Shown piece after piece: positions 29,890 through 43,346 of a stretch of DNA of 64,000 nt. The DNA comes from an uncultured Acidobacteriota bacterium (lineage in GTDB: Bacteria > Acidobacteriota > Thermoanaerobaculia > UBA5066). The position numbers and the translations under genes were made by a program. How positions within the stretch are numbered: position 1 is the first letter of the stretch; every line of letters begins with the position of its first letter. The stretch is taken from assembly GCA_963779415.1 (NCBI GenBank), contig CAVZYA010000002.1, positions 1,440,001 through 1,504,000 on the forward strand, read 5' to 3'. The notes under the pieces were generated by a model. The model was given only the letters and a program-made list of their open reading frames with translations. It did not search any database and was not told the DNA's origin.

Positions 29890-30358
29890 CTCCCGACCGG
29901 GAGATCGTGACGGTGCCCTTCAGGTCCCCCTCCACCGCGAAGGCCGCGAGCGGCCGCGGGGGCGGCCCGGAGATGACGTGCCCGTCGAGGGCGAACTTCC
30001 CGTTGTGGCAGGCGCACCAGATCAGGGCGTCCGCCGGGACGTACTGGACCGTGCATCCCTCGTGCGTGCATTTCGCGGAGAGCGCGACCAGCTTTCCGTC
30101 CTTCTTCTTCACGACGATGACGCGGTCCGTGCCGATTCGCGTGATCAGGGAACCGGCGCCCGCGAGCTCCTGCTTCTGGGCGTCGGTCAGCGTGACCGAG
30201 TTCGCGCCCCCCGCCTCTTTCAGGGGCGTGAGATACCGGATGACGGGGTAGACGACGGCGAGGGCCCATGCCACGAAGCTCATGCCGAGCAGGGCGTCGA
30301 GCCAGCTCCGGCGTGTCACGGATGCCGGAGTGTCGAGCGGACGAAGATCACCTTCCAC
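29879..30358 (-). CDS. Rieske [2Fe-2S] subunit with Tat signal
   Basis: TRRSWL + TM; CTHEGC and CACHNG boxes; GPPPRPL. Confidence 0.93.
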   Translation of the reverse strand: MEGDLRPLDTPASVTRRSWLDALLGMSFVAWALAVVYPVIRYLTPLKEAGGANSVTLTDAQKQELAGAGSLITRIGTDRVIVVKKKDGKLVALSAKCTHEGCTVQYVPADALIWCACHNGKFALDGHVISGPPPRPLAAFAVEGDLKGTVTISRSGGAA

Positions 30359-30450
30359 CGGGCGCCTCCTCGCGGCCGCGCGGCGGCCGTTCCTGGATTG
30401 ACGGCGGAGAGTAACGCGGCCGGGGCGGGAACGGGAAGCGGGCGGTCGCC

Positions 30451-30804
30451 CTAGCGTCTCCGGGAGCGCCCGAGGACGGCGTCGGCCTCGGATTTCGCGC
30501 TTCGCTCCACCTCGCCGCAGACGATCGAGCAGATCTTCTTCAGCGTCGGGTCGGAGATGGCGTAGACGGTCCGCGTCCCCTCCTTCCGGCGGGAAAGGAG
30601 GCCTGCCGCGTGAAGAAGGGCGAGGTGCTTCGAGACGTTCGCCTGTGTCCCGCCGACGTGGTCGAGGATCTCGTTCACCGAGGCGGGGCCTTCGAAGAGG
30701 CGCTCGAGGACCCGGAGGCGGGTCGGCTCGCCGAGGGCACGAAACCGGGCGGCCACGCGGTCCCGTGCCGCCTCCGAGAGGACGAGCCCCCCTTCCGTTC
30801 CCAC
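30451..30804 (-). CDS. ArsR/SmtB family transcriptional regulator
   Basis: FRALGEPTRLRVL, QANVSKHLALL, RRKEG..VY; C-terminal CSIVC. Confidence 0.9.
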   Translation of the reverse strand: MGTEGGLVLSEAARDRVAARFRALGEPTRLRVLERLFEGPASVNEILDHVGGTQANVSKHLALLHAAGLLSRRKEGTRTVYAISDPTLKKICSIVCGEVERSAKSEADAVLGRSRRR

Positions 30805-30875
30805 CTCGTCAATATGGGCAAGGAGCGCGGCTACGTCAATCGCGGAAGCGCGGGAGGCGAGAACGGACGCGCAGG

Positions 30876-30894
30876 AGAGGCCCGACGGGCCCCT
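30876..30894 (-). promoter_or_regulatory. Putative bacterial SECIS hairpin
   Basis: mRNA AGGGGCCC-GUC-GGGCCUCU; G-first apical loop 19 nt downstream of the in-frame UGA at 30906-30908. Confidence 0.6.
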
Positions 30895-30899
30895 TGGCG

Positions 30900-31109
30900 T
30901 CACCCTCACGTGAAGCGGCCGGAGCCGCCGCACGAGGACGACCCGCCGCCTCCCGTCCCCGAGGACGAGGTGGCGAAAGCGGAGAAGAGCTTGAGGACCG
31001 AGGTGGAGCCGCAGGCAGGACATTCCGGCGGCGGACCTTCGTCCCGGACGCTCCGGATCTCCTCGAAGCGTTCCCCGCACTCCCGGCAGACATACTCGAA
31101 CATCGGCAT
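30900..31109 (-). CDS. FmdB-family zinc-ribbon protein, probable selenoprotein (UGA at 30906-30908 read as Sec, true stop 30900-30902)
   Basis: MPMFEYVCRECG...CPACGS; RBS GGAGGA; ends SSCGGSGRFT-TGA-GGG-TGA. The CDS itself is well supported; the Sec reading is inferred. Confidence 0.8.
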
Positions 31110-31123
31110 CGGAATCCTCCGTC

Positions 31124-31408
31124 TCAGGCGCTGGCGGCGTCGACGCCCCAGGTGATCATGTGCGCACGTTCCGCCGCCGGGCACTCGGACCGGACGGCGT
31201 CCCGAACCCGTCCCACCTCGTCGTCCTCGAGCAGCGTGAAGATTACCGCCGAGGTCTTCGGGAAGGCGGCCGAGCCGAGGCGGGGCCCGGTCGTTCCGAT
31301 CCCGACGGCCTTCGGGATCTCGGTGAAGCCGCGGACTCCCGCGCGCGAGAGGATCACCTCGATCTCCTCCTTGCAGGCTTCGTCGACGAGGATCATGAGG
31401 AGCTTCAT
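31124..31408 (-). CDS. PII-like small protein (PG0541-type, transporter-associated)
   Basis: MKLLMILVD...GVRGFTEIPKAVGIGTTGPRLGSAAFP, a GlnB-like pattern; ATGA coupling to DUF2892. Confidence 0.7.
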   Translation of the reverse strand: MKLLMILVDEACKEEIEVILSRAGVRGFTEIPKAVGIGTTGPRLGSAAFPKTSAVIFTLLEDDEVGRVRDAVRSECPAAERAHMITWGVDAASA

Positions 31409-31598
31409 GCGGTCTGGTCCCTCACCCCGGTCTTCCGGAGGATCGCCATCATCGGGCACCACCTCGTGAAGGCCGACTGGAAGAGGTTCAGGCCGACGAA
31501 GGCCGTGAAGAGGTAGAAGGCGGGGTGGACCCATGTGCCGAGGGCGACGGAGAGGACGACGAAGAGGCCGGCGATCGCGCGGAGCATCTCGTTGACGT

Positions 31599-31602
<4 letters not shown>
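31405..31602 (-). CDS. DUF2892 / YgaP-like membrane protein
   Basis: 65 aa, two TMs, [17 protein letters not shown]. Confidence 0.88.
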
Positions 31603-34878
<3,276 letters not shown>

Positions 34879-34882
<4 letters not shown>

Positions 34883-35949
34883 TTCGCGGCCTCCGTCACC
34901 GGCGCCCCGTCGGCCGGAAGGGTCTTGAGCGAGACGAGGACCTTCTCGCCCCCGGAGAGGCCGGAGAGGATCTCGATCCTGCCGTCGCGGGCGTCTCCCG
35001 TCGTCACGGCCCGGGAGCGCGCCTTCCCTTCGGCGTCGCGGATGACGACCATCGAGAGGCCGCCGGTCCGGAGGACGGCGCCTTCGGGGACGAGGACGGT
35101 CTTCCGCTTTCCGGCATCGAGGAAAGCGCGGCCGGTGAGGCCCGAAGCGAGCGGCGCGCCCGGCAGCTCGATCTTCGCGGTGAACGTGTGGCTCGCCGGG
35201 TCGGCGCCGGGAGACATCTCGACGACGACGCCCGCCATCTCCGCCGGGGACTCCGTCGATCCGGACCGGGATGCGCTGCCCCGTCCGGAGTCCCGACGCC
35301 TCCGCGGTGGAGGCGGGGACCGGGACGACGAGTCGCCGGCCCGCGGCCGACTCGAGCATCACGAGCGGACGGCCCGGCGCCGCGAAGTCGCCCGGATCGA
35401 CCATCCGCGCCGAGATCCGTCCCGCGAACGGGGCGGCGACGCGCGACTCGCGCGCGACGGACGAGGCGGCCTCGACGGCCCCCTCCCCCTGCTGGACGGC
35501 CCCCTTCGCCTGCTCGTACTGCATCCGCGCCATGTCCAGCTCCAGCTCCGAGGCCGAGCCGGACTTCACGAGGGCCTGGTAACGCTGGTGATTCCGCTCG
35601 GCGAGGGCGAGGGCGGCGCGCGCCTGCGCGAGGGCCCCCTTCGCCTGAGATTCCTGCCCCTTCGCCGTCGCGGGGTCGATCTCCACGAGGACGTCTCCCG
35701 CGGACGACGGAATCGCCCGGCTTGACCGGGACGGAGACGACGTTCGCCATGACGCGGCTCGAGATGGCGGCCGTCTTCGCGGCCTCGACCGTCCCGTAGA
35801 GCTCGACGCGGTCCGCGAGGTCGGCGGCTTCGGCCGTCGCGACGGCCGACGTGACCGGGCGCGGGCGCCGTCTCCTTCGCCTCGTGCTTTCCGCCGCACG
35901 CGGCGGCCGAAAGGGCGATGGCGGCGAGCGCGGTTCTCCAGAGCTTCAT
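34879..35949 (-). CDS. RND membrane fusion protein (lipoprotein); about three frameshifts
   Basis: LSAAAC lipobox; lipoyl-like VKPGD, APFAGRI, VPEGAV, IEILSGLSGGEKV spread over several frames. Confidence 0.82.
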
Positions 35950-35966
35950 TCGTTCCTCCGTATTCC

Positions 35967-37315
35967 TCAGGGCAGGACGCTCTCGGGGCGCCGGCCGGCC
36001 TTTGCCGCGAGGCGCAGGACGGCGGCGTGCGCCTCGGCGCGCGCCACCAGCTCCCGCGTCTCGGCCTCCCGCCGTGCCGTCGTCGCGTCCAGAAGGTCGA
36101 GCATCTTCACGACGCCCGACCGGAACCTCTCGTCCGTGATCCGCTCGGTCTCGCGGGCGGCCTCGAGCGCCTTCCGGGCGCCGTGGCGCTCCGCGCCTCG
36201 GCGGTCCGGGCCTCCTCGAACGCCTGCCGGACCTCGAGGCGGACCCCTTCTTCGAAGCGGGCGACGTCCTCGCGGCCGGCGCGCGCCTCCTCGCGTGCCG
36301 CGATCGCGGCCGCGTGGTCCGAGCCCCCGGCGAAGACGTTCCACGTCGCGACGGCCATGAGGGCCCCGTTCGTCCCGCTCGACCCGAAGACGTGCTCGCC
36401 GTAGAGCTCGCCCCGCGCGACGAACGCGAGCTTCGGCCAGTAGGGCGCCTTCCGGACCTTCTCCTCGAGTTCCCCTGCCGCGAGCAGCTTCTGCGCCGAG
36501 ACGAGGTCGGGGCGCGAGGCCGCCGTGTCGAGCCAGGGCCCGACGGGTCCGTCGAGCGGGAGGGGATCGGCGAGCGGCGCGAGAGCCCAGGTCGCGTCCC
36601 CCGGCGCCCCGAGGCGGAAGGCGAGGTTCGCGTTCGCGATCCGGACGCGCCCGTCGGCTTCCTCGACGAGGTCGTCGATCCGCGACAGCTCGACCTCGGC
36701 CCGGAGGAGCTCGGAGCGGACGAGCATCCCCTGCTCGACGTAGTTCCGGGCGAGGGCGACGTGGGCCGCGACCGTCTCGCGGGCCTTCTTCAGGAGCGCG
36801 GCGTACTCCTCGGCCTGCGCGACCATCACGTAGGCCTCGGCGGCGGCGAGGGCGGCGGCGTTCCCGGCCCAGTCGGCCGTCTGGCCCGCCGCGGCCGCCG
36901 CGAGCTTCGCCTGGTCGATCCGCGTCGAGAGCTCGCCCCCCGTGAAGAGGGGGAGGGCGATCTCGGCCCGGGTGATCCCGGCGTTGATCGGGGCCGGGCT
37001 GTTCGGGTCGCTCTGGACGAAGTCGGGGAAGGAGAAGGTCCCCTGGTTCAGCTTCAGGGCGAAGACCTCGGCGGGATTGTCCGTCCGCGTCCAGAGGGCG
37101 GTCAGGTTGAGCGAGGGGAGACGGAACCCCTTCGCCTGCGACGCCCGGGCCTCGGCCGCCTGCTGGCGCGCGCGGGCGGCCGTCACTTCACGGGCGTTCT
37201 GGCGGGCGCGTGCCATGGCGCCGGAGAGCGTGAGCGTCTCCCCGGCCGCGGCCGCCGGAAGGGAGGCGAGGAGCGCGAGGAGCGTGAGAAGAGCGGGTGT
37301 TCTTGCCGTCGTCAT
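35967..37315 (-). CDS. TolC family outer membrane protein; frameshift near 36185
   Basis: Signal peptide, LPLFTGG, YVEQGMLVRSELLRAEV, WNVFAGG, ERFRSGVVKMLDLLDA. Confidence 0.85.
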
Positions 37316-37351
37316 CGGGCCTCCGGAGGGGTCTCCCGGAAAACGTCAGCT

Positions 37352-37379
37352 AATATAGCTATATAGTTATAAATGTCAA
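37352..37379 (-). promoter_or_regulatory. Sigma70 promoter with overlapping palindromic operator
   Basis: Minus strand TTGACA-16 nt-TATATT; near-perfect 18-bp inverted repeat TATAACTATATAGCTATA (37354-37371); AT-rich island in GC-rich DNA. Confidence 0.75.
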
Positions 37380-37396
37380 GTCGGGCAGCCCGGCCC

Positions 37397-38104
37397 TCAG
37401 GCCGGGTCGTTCAGAAGGGTGCCCAGGCGCGTCACGACCCGGCTCCCCTCGTCGCGGTCATACGGGCGCGCATAGAAGCTGGAGAGGTCCATCGGCTCGT
37501 GGATCCGGATCCGGCACTTCTTGAAGAACTTGCCGGGGAGCTGCCTGTGGAGAAGGAGCTTGCGGAACCCGTCGACGCGGACCGGCACGGCGATGGCCTT
37601 CGTCCGGTGGAGGATCTGGGCGATCCCCTTCCTCAGAGGCGCCCCCGGCTGCGTCGTCCCGGAGGGGAAGTGGAGAAGCCACCCCCGCTCGATCGCCTCC
37701 TCGACGCGCGCCACCCCCTCGAGGTCCACCGGGCGGCTCACCTCCTTGCCCCCTTCGCGGAAGGAGCGCCGGAAGGTGACGCCGCCGGCCTTCGTGAAGA
37801 GGACGGTGAGGAGGTTCTTCTTCATCGTCTCCTCGGCGGCGGAGAACCGGAGATAGGGATCCTCGAGGTCGTAGCCGTGCTTCACGTAGAGGATGTCGAA
37901 GAAGGCGATCGCCTCCATGAAGTAGGTCTGGTGGTTCGAGAGGAAGACGACGCCGGTCCGCGGCAGCCGCTCGAGAAGGTCGTCTCCCTCCACCCGCACG
38001 TGGTTCACGAGCCGGAAGTAGGGAAGCGTGAACCCGACGCCGAAGCTCAGGATCAGACCGTGGCGGATCCACCGGTCGGAGAAGACGTTGAAGAGGCCGG
38101 ACAC
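37397..38104 (-). CDS. Lysophospholipid acyltransferase (PlsC family)
   Basis: SNHQTYFME (HX4E variant of HX4D), HFPSGT, AVPVRVDG. Confidence 0.8.
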   Translation of the reverse strand: MSGLFNVFSDRWIRHGLILSFGVGFTLPYFRLVNHVRVEGDDLLERLPRTGVVFLSNHQTYFMEAIAFFDILYVKHGYDLEDPYLRFSAAEETMKKNLLTVLFTKAGGVTFRRSFREGGKEVSRPVDLEGVARVEEAIERGWLLHFPSGTTQPGAPLRKGIAQILHRTKAIAVPVRVDGFRKLLLHRQLPGKFFKKCRIRIHEPMDLSSFYARPYDRDEGSRVVTRLGTLLNDPA

Positions 38105-38185
38105 GAATCGGAGATTCTAGAAGAGATGCCTTCCCCCGGTGCCTTAGACCTCTCGCAGAAATCGGCCATAATCGACTCCAAAGAC

Positions 38186-40021
38186 GTGACCGAAGCGCTT
38201 CCGGCCCGGACCCTTCTCGACTACTTTCGCCATGCCGCCTCGAGCGGCAAGGCCGATCTTCTCGTGCAGAAGATCGAGGGCTCGTGGCGGCCGATGTCGG
38301 CGGATGGATTCGCCGAGCTGACCAAAGGGCTCGCGCTCGGGCTCGCACTTCTCGGGGTCGACCGTCACGACCGCGTCGCGATCCTCTCCGAGAACCGGCC
38401 GGAGTGGGCGGCGACCGATTTCGCGACGCTCGCGCTCGGTGCCCTCACGGTGCCGATCTACACGACCTATCTCGCGCCCCAGGTCGAGTACATCCTCCGG
38501 GATTCCATGGCGAAGGTCGTCGTCGTCTCGAACGCCGTGGAGCTGCAGAAGGTCCTCGACGTGCGCCAGCGTTGCCGGGATCTGGACCACATCCTCGTCG
38601 TCGAGCCCGCCGACTGGAGCGCGGGGAAAGCGACGCCCCTCGCGGACGTCGTGGCGAAAGGCCTTTCCGCCCTCGCCGTCGATCCGAAAGCCTTCGACGA
38701 GCGGGCCGACGCGCTCGTCGCCTCGGACTGGGCGACGATGATCTACACGTCCGGGACGACGGGCGAGCCGAAGGGTGCCGTCCTGACGCACGAGAACTTC
38801 GTCGCGAACGTCTCGATCTGTTCGACGCTCTTCGACGTGACGCCTTCGGACGTCGCCCTCTCGTTTCTCCCGCTCGCGCACGTCTTCGAGCGGATGGTCG
38901 ACTACCTCTACTTCTCCCGCGCGGCGACGATCGCCTACGCCGAGTCGATCGAGAAGCTCTCCGAGAACTTCCGGGAGGTGCGCCCGCACTGCTTCGCGGC
39001 CGTGCCCCGCGTCTACGAGAAGATGCTCACCCGCGTCCAGGGCGCCGTCGAGCAGGCGCCGGCGCTCCGCCGGAGGATCTTCGCGTGGGGCCTCCGGACC
39101 GGGCGCGACCGGCTTCTCATCGAGGAACGGGGGGAGAGCCCCGGCTTCTTCCTCCGCCTGAAGGCCCGCCTCGCCGATCGCCTCGTCTTCTCGAAGATCA
39201 AGGAGCGCCTCGGCGGCCGCTTCCGCTTCGCGATCTCGGGGGGCGCCCCGCTCGCGAGGGAGGTCGCGGAGTTCTTCTGGGCGGCCGGCGTCCGTGTCTA
39301 CGAGGGGTACGGCCTGACGGAGACGAGCCCCGTCCTCACCTGCAACCGGCCCGGCGAGTGGCGTCTCGGCAGCGTCGGCCGCCCCGTCCCGGGCGTCACG
39401 CTGAGGCTCGCGCCGGACGGCGAAGTGCTCGCGAAGGGGCCGAGCGTCATGTCCGGAGGTTACTGGCGCAAGGCCGCGGAGACCGAGACGGTCTTCGACG
39501 AGGAGGGCTGGTTCAAGACCGGCGACATCGGGACCTTCGACGAGGACGGCTACCTGACGCTGACCGACCGGAAGAAGGAGATCCTCGTCAACGCCTACGG
39601 AAAGAACGTCGCGCCGGCGCCGATCGAGGCCGCGTTGAAGATGGTCCGCTACGTCTCGTCGGCCGTCCTCGTCGGAAACCGCAGGAAGTTCCTCTCGGCC
39701 CTGATCGTGCCGAACTTCGACCGGGTCGAGGCGTGGGCGCAGGAGAACGGCATCTCGGTCGAGCGCCGCGAGGAGCTGCTCGCGCATCCGAAGGTTCGTT
39801 CCCTCTTCCGGCAGGCCCTCGACATCGTGAACGGCGACGAGCCGCACGAGCGCCAGATACGCGCCTTCGCGCTTCTTCCCGAGGACTTCACGATCGACGG
39901 CGGCGAGCTGACGCCCACGCTCAAGGTCAAACGCCGCGTCGTGGACGAGAAGTTCCGTGCGGTGATCGACCGGATGTACGCCGATGCCGAGCATTCCGCC
40001 GGGGCGGAAGCCGACGCCTGA
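38186..40021 (+). CDS. Long-chain fatty acid--CoA ligase (AMP-dependent synthetase)
   Basis: YTSGTTGEPKG, GYGLTETSP, WFKTGDIG, DRKKE, ELTPTLKVKR. Confidence 0.93.
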   Translation: MTEALPARTLLDYFRHAASSGKADLLVQKIEGSWRPMSADGFAELTKGLALGLALLGVDRHDRVAILSENRPEWAATDFATLALGALTVPIYTTYLAPQVEYILRDSMAKVVVVSNAVELQKVLDVRQRCRDLDHILVVEPADWSAGKATPLADVVAKGLSALAVDPKAFDERADALVASDWATMIYTSGTTGEPKGAVLTHENFVANVSICSTLFDVTPSDVALSFLPLAHVFERMVDYLYFSRAATIAYAESIEKLSENFREVRPHCFAAVPRVYEKMLTRVQGAVEQAPALRRRIFAWGLRTGRDRLLIEERGESPGFFLRLKARLADRLVFSKIKERLGGRFRFAISGGAPLAREVAEFFWAAGVRVYEGYGLTETSPVLTCNRPGEWRLGSVGRPVPGVTLRLAPDGEVLAKGPSVMSGGYWRKAAETETVFDEEGWFKTGDIGTFDEDGYLTLTDRKKEILVNAYGKNVAPAPIEAALKMVRYVSSAVLVGNRRKFLSALIVPNFDRVEAWAQENGISVERREELLAHPKVRSLFRQALDIVNGDEPHERQIRAFALLPEDFTIDGGELTPTLKVKRRVVDEKFRAVIDRMYADAEHSAGAEADA

Positions 40022-40039
40022 AGTCCTCCCCGTTCCCGT

Positions 40040-41104
40040 CTAGAAATTGATCCCCACGGCCGGGCCGTGCCACTCATGGTGGATCAGGTCGTACCGGTAG
40101 CCGATCGACGTGAACGGCAGGCGGATGTACTCGAGGATTCCGAGGATCGCTTTCTTCCAGAACCTGTCTCTCTTCAGGCCGAGGCCTTCCGCGATCGGGA
40201 CGAGGTTGAGGCTGACCTCGAACCCGATGTTCTGCTGTCGCTCCTCCGGCGGGTGGATGTGGTAGCCCTGCGTGTCGTACCGGAGCGAGAAGAGAAAGAA
40301 CCGCGCCGCCCCCGGCTTCGGCACTCCGACGCGCGGCAGGAAGCCGGCGAGCTTCAGGTCGAGCGTGAAGACCTGATTCGAGTAGTCGTTCGCGTTGTTC
40401 GGAGGATCGAGGGGAACCTCGGGGGGCGGAAGGTTCGGCTGGACGAATCCGAAACGGACCCCGACCGTGTCGCGAAGGCCCAGCGCCGAGACGCCGAACG
40501 AAGCGAGCGACCCGACGGCGTCGGCCGCGAGATCCTGCCACGAGAAACCGTAATACGTGTAGCCGTCGCCCACCTCCACGAGGAGGCCCGTGGCGAACGA
40601 GGCGACGGCGCCGAGGATCTTCGACGCCATCGGCGAGTTTCCGAGGCCCCGGAACGCCTGCTCGCCCGCGTCCTGCCCGATCCACGAAAAGACGATGTGG
40701 GACGCCTTGTCGGCGCCTCCCGTGTAGGTGTCCGAGGCGAAAAACCCCTCGTTCGTGACGTGGAACGGCCGGCGGTCGTGGGAGCTCCAGAACCCGAGGT
40801 GCGTGACGACCGAGAAGCCGACCGGGAATCCGGCCGTCAGAAGGACGTTCTTCTCCCAGAGCGGCATTCCCGCTTTCGGCGGCGCGGGAGACGCCGCGGC
40901 GGGTTCCAGGGTGAACCCCGCCCGGAACGCTCCGGGTCTCTCCGCAAAGAGAGCGGCCGGGCCGCACGGAACGGGCTCGGCCCCCGTGCAGAGGCCCGGC
41001 GCGACCGGGCTCGCGGACCACGAGAGGGCGCCGGCGGGAGCGGCGAGAAGAGCGAAAGCGGCCAGAGAGGCGGAAATCCGGACCGGGTGAGATACGGGCA
41101 TCAC
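40040..41104 (-). CDS. DUF2279/YfiM-like exported protein
   Basis: GADKASH, VEVGDG, GFSWQDLAADAVG motifs; signal peptide. Confidence 0.7.
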   Translation of the reverse strand: MMPVSHPVRISASLAAFALLAAPAGALSWSASPVAPGLCTGAEPVPCGPAALFAERPGAFRAGFTLEPAAASPAPPKAGMPLWEKNVLLTAGFPVGFSVVTHLGFWSSHDRRPFHVTNEGFFASDTYTGGADKASHIVFSWIGQDAGEQAFRGLGNSPMASKILGAVASFATGLLVEVGDGYTYYGFSWQDLAADAVGSLASFGVSALGLRDTVGVRFGFVQPNLPPPEVPLDPPNNANDYSNQVFTLDLKLAGFLPRVGVPKPGAARFFLFSLRYDTQGYHIHPPEERQQNIGFEVSLNLVPIAEGLGLKRDRFWKKAILGILEYIRLPFTSIGYRYDLIHHEWHGPAVGINF

Positions 41105-41118
41105 GTCGTCGGCCGGCC

Positions 41119-42234
41119 CTACGTCGAAGTCTTCCGGAAGCGGAAGACGGCCACGCCGATGATGACGACGGTGTAGACGACGAGCGCGGCGACCGGCTCC
41201 CGGAGGTCGGCAAGGCCGGCGCCCCGAAGGACGATGCCGCGGATCACCTCGATGAAGTAGCGGGCGGGGATGAGATAGGTGACGAGCTGGAAAGCCGGCG
41301 GCATCCCTTCGATCGGAAAGACGAAGCCCGACAGGAAGACGAACGGCAGCAGGAAGAAGAACGACATCTGCATCGCCTGCATCTGCGTCTTCGCGATCGT
41401 CGAGACGAGCATGCCGAGGCCGAGGACGGCGGCGATGAAGACGAGCCCCACGCCGTAAAGACCGGCCAGGCTTCCCGCGATGGGGATCGCGAAGACGAAG
41501 CGCATCAGGACGAGGACGAGCGTGAGCTGGAAAAGGCCGATCAAAAGGAACGGCAGGATCTTCCCGAGGATCAGCTCGAAGCGGGTGAAGGGGGTCACCT
41601 GGAGCTGCTCCAGCGTGCCGCGCTCGCGTTCCCGGACGATGGCCATGGCCGTGAACTGGATGAGGGTGAAGGTCAGGAGGATGGCGATGAGGCCGGGGAC
41701 GATGAAGGTCGGGGTCCTGAGGTCCGGGTTGTACCAGGCGCGGACCCGGAGATCGACGGGAAGCGCGCCCGCCGCGGCGCCGGATTGCCGGGAGAGCGCG
41801 GCGACGGAGAGCTGTGTCGTGACGCCTCCTGCGACGGCCATGGCCTGACTCGAGACGACGGTGTCCGAGGCGTTCACGGCCAGAAGGGCGCGGGCCGGAG
41901 CCCCGCTTCGCAGGTTCTTTCCGTAATCCCGGTCGATGACGAGGCCGACCGAGGCGCGGGCGGCGTCCAGCTCGCGCTCGATCGCGGCGAGGGAGTCGAC
42001 GTGGCCGACGACGCGGAAGTAGTCGCTCGCGGTCAGCTTCGCGACCAGCTCGCGGCTCTCGAAGCTCCGGTCCTCGTCGAGGACGACCGTCGCGAGGTGC
42101 TTGACGTCGAAGTCGATGGCGAAGCCGAAGATGAGAGTCTGCATGAGGGGGATCACGACGATCATCCGGAGCGTGACGCGGTCGCGCGAAAGCTGCAGGA
42201 ACTCCTTCCTGACGAGGGCGAGGAGGCGTCTCAC
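41119..42234 (-). CDS. ABC-2 type transporter permease
   Basis: KEFLQLSRD, WYNPDL, RERERGTLEQL, LSGFVFPIEGMP. Confidence 0.92.
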   Translation of the reverse strand: MRRLLALVRKEFLQLSRDRVTLRMIVVIPLMQTLIFGFAIDFDVKHLATVVLDEDRSFESRELVAKLTASDYFRVVGHVDSLAAIERELDAARASVGLVIDRDYGKNLRSGAPARALLAVNASDTVVSSQAMAVAGGVTTQLSVAALSRQSGAAAGALPVDLRVRAWYNPDLRTPTFIVPGLIAILLTFTLIQFTAMAIVRERERGTLEQLQVTPFTRFELILGKILPFLLIGLFQLTLVLVLMRFVFAIPIAGSLAGLYGVGLVFIAAVLGLGMLVSTIAKTQMQAMQMSFFFLLPFVFLSGFVFPIEGMPPAFQLVTYLIPARYFIEVIRGIVLRGAGLADLREPVAALVVYTVVIIGVAVFRFRKTST

Positions 42235-43346
42235 GCGACCCTCTTCCGGAACTTCAGCGCCGCCGCGCCGACGATGACGACGGCGTAGAAGAGGAGGAAG
42301 GCCACGGGCCGCCACATCTCTCCGAGGCTGGCGCCGCGGAGGACGATCCCCCGAATCACCTCGATGAAGAAGCGCGCCGGGACGAGATAGGTGATGAGCT
42401 GGAAGACCCGCGGCATTCCGTCGATCGGGAAGACGTACCCCGACAGGAAGACGAACGGGAGCAGGAAGAAGAAGGAGAGCTGGATCGCCTGCATCTGCGT
42501 CTTCGCGACCGTCGAGACGAGCATTCCGAGGCCGAGGACGCAGAAGATGAAGACGATCCCGGCCGCGTAGAACCCGGCGACGCTCCCGGCGATCTCGATG
42601 TCGAAGACGAAACGCATGAGTCCCGTGACGAGCGTCAGCTGGAAGAGGCCGATCAGGAGGAAGGGGAGGATCTTCCCGACGATGAGGCCCAGAGGCGAGA
42701 CGGGCGAGAGCTGGAGCTGCTCGAGCGTGCCGCGCTCCTGCTCCCGGACGATCGCCACGGCCGTGAAGGGGATCAGCGTGAAGGTGAGGATGAGGGCGAG
42801 GAGGCCGGGGATGACGAAGGTGGCGGTCCGGAGGTCCGGGTTGTACCAGGGGCGAACCCGGAGATCCACGGGCGGCGCGGAGCCCGTCCACTTCGCCCTC
42901 CTCATCAGGATCCCGGAAGAGAGCTGGCGGGCGATGCCGGACGCCACCGCGATGGCCTGGGAGGAGACGACGTTGTCGGAGCCGTTGACGACGAGAAGAG
43001 CCCGCGCCGGCGTACCGCGCCGAAGGTCCTTTCCGTAGTCGCGGTCGATGACGAGGCCGACGGAGGCACGGGCGGAATCCAGCTCGCGCCCCATCTCTTC
43101 CATCGAGCCGGCGTATTTCACGATGCGGAAGTAGTCGCTGGCCGTCATCTTCGCCACCAGCTCGCGGCTCTCGTACGAGCCGCTCTCGTCCACGACGACG
43201 GTCCGGAGGTGCTTGACGTCGAAGTCGATGGCGTAGCCGAAGAGGAGCGTCTGGAAGATCGGGATGAAGAAGATGAGCCTCACCGTGATCGGATCGCGCC
43301 TGAGGTGGACGAACTCCTTCCAGACGAGGGTGAGGAGGCGCTTCAC
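42231..43346 (-). CDS. ABC-2 type transporter permease
   Basis: KEFVHLRRD, WYNPDL, REQERGTLEQL, LSGYVFPIDGMP. Confidence 0.92.
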   Translation of the reverse strand: MKRLLTLVWKEFVHLRRDPITVRLIFFIPIFQTLLFGYAIDFDVKHLRTVVVDESGSYESRELVAKMTASDYFRIVKYAGSMEEMGRELDSARASVGLVIDRDYGKDLRRGTPARALLVVNGSDNVVSSQAIAVASGIARQLSSGILMRRAKWTGSAPPVDLRVRPWYNPDLRTATFVIPGLLALILTFTLIPFTAVAIVREQERGTLEQLQLSPVSPLGLIVGKILPFLLIGLFQLTLVTGLMRFVFDIEIAGSVAGFYAAGIVFIFCVLGLGMLVSTVAKTQMQAIQLSFFFLLPFVFLSGYVFPIDGMPRVFQLITYLVPARFFIEVIRGIVLRGASLGEMWRPVAFLLFYAVVIVGAAALKFRKRVA

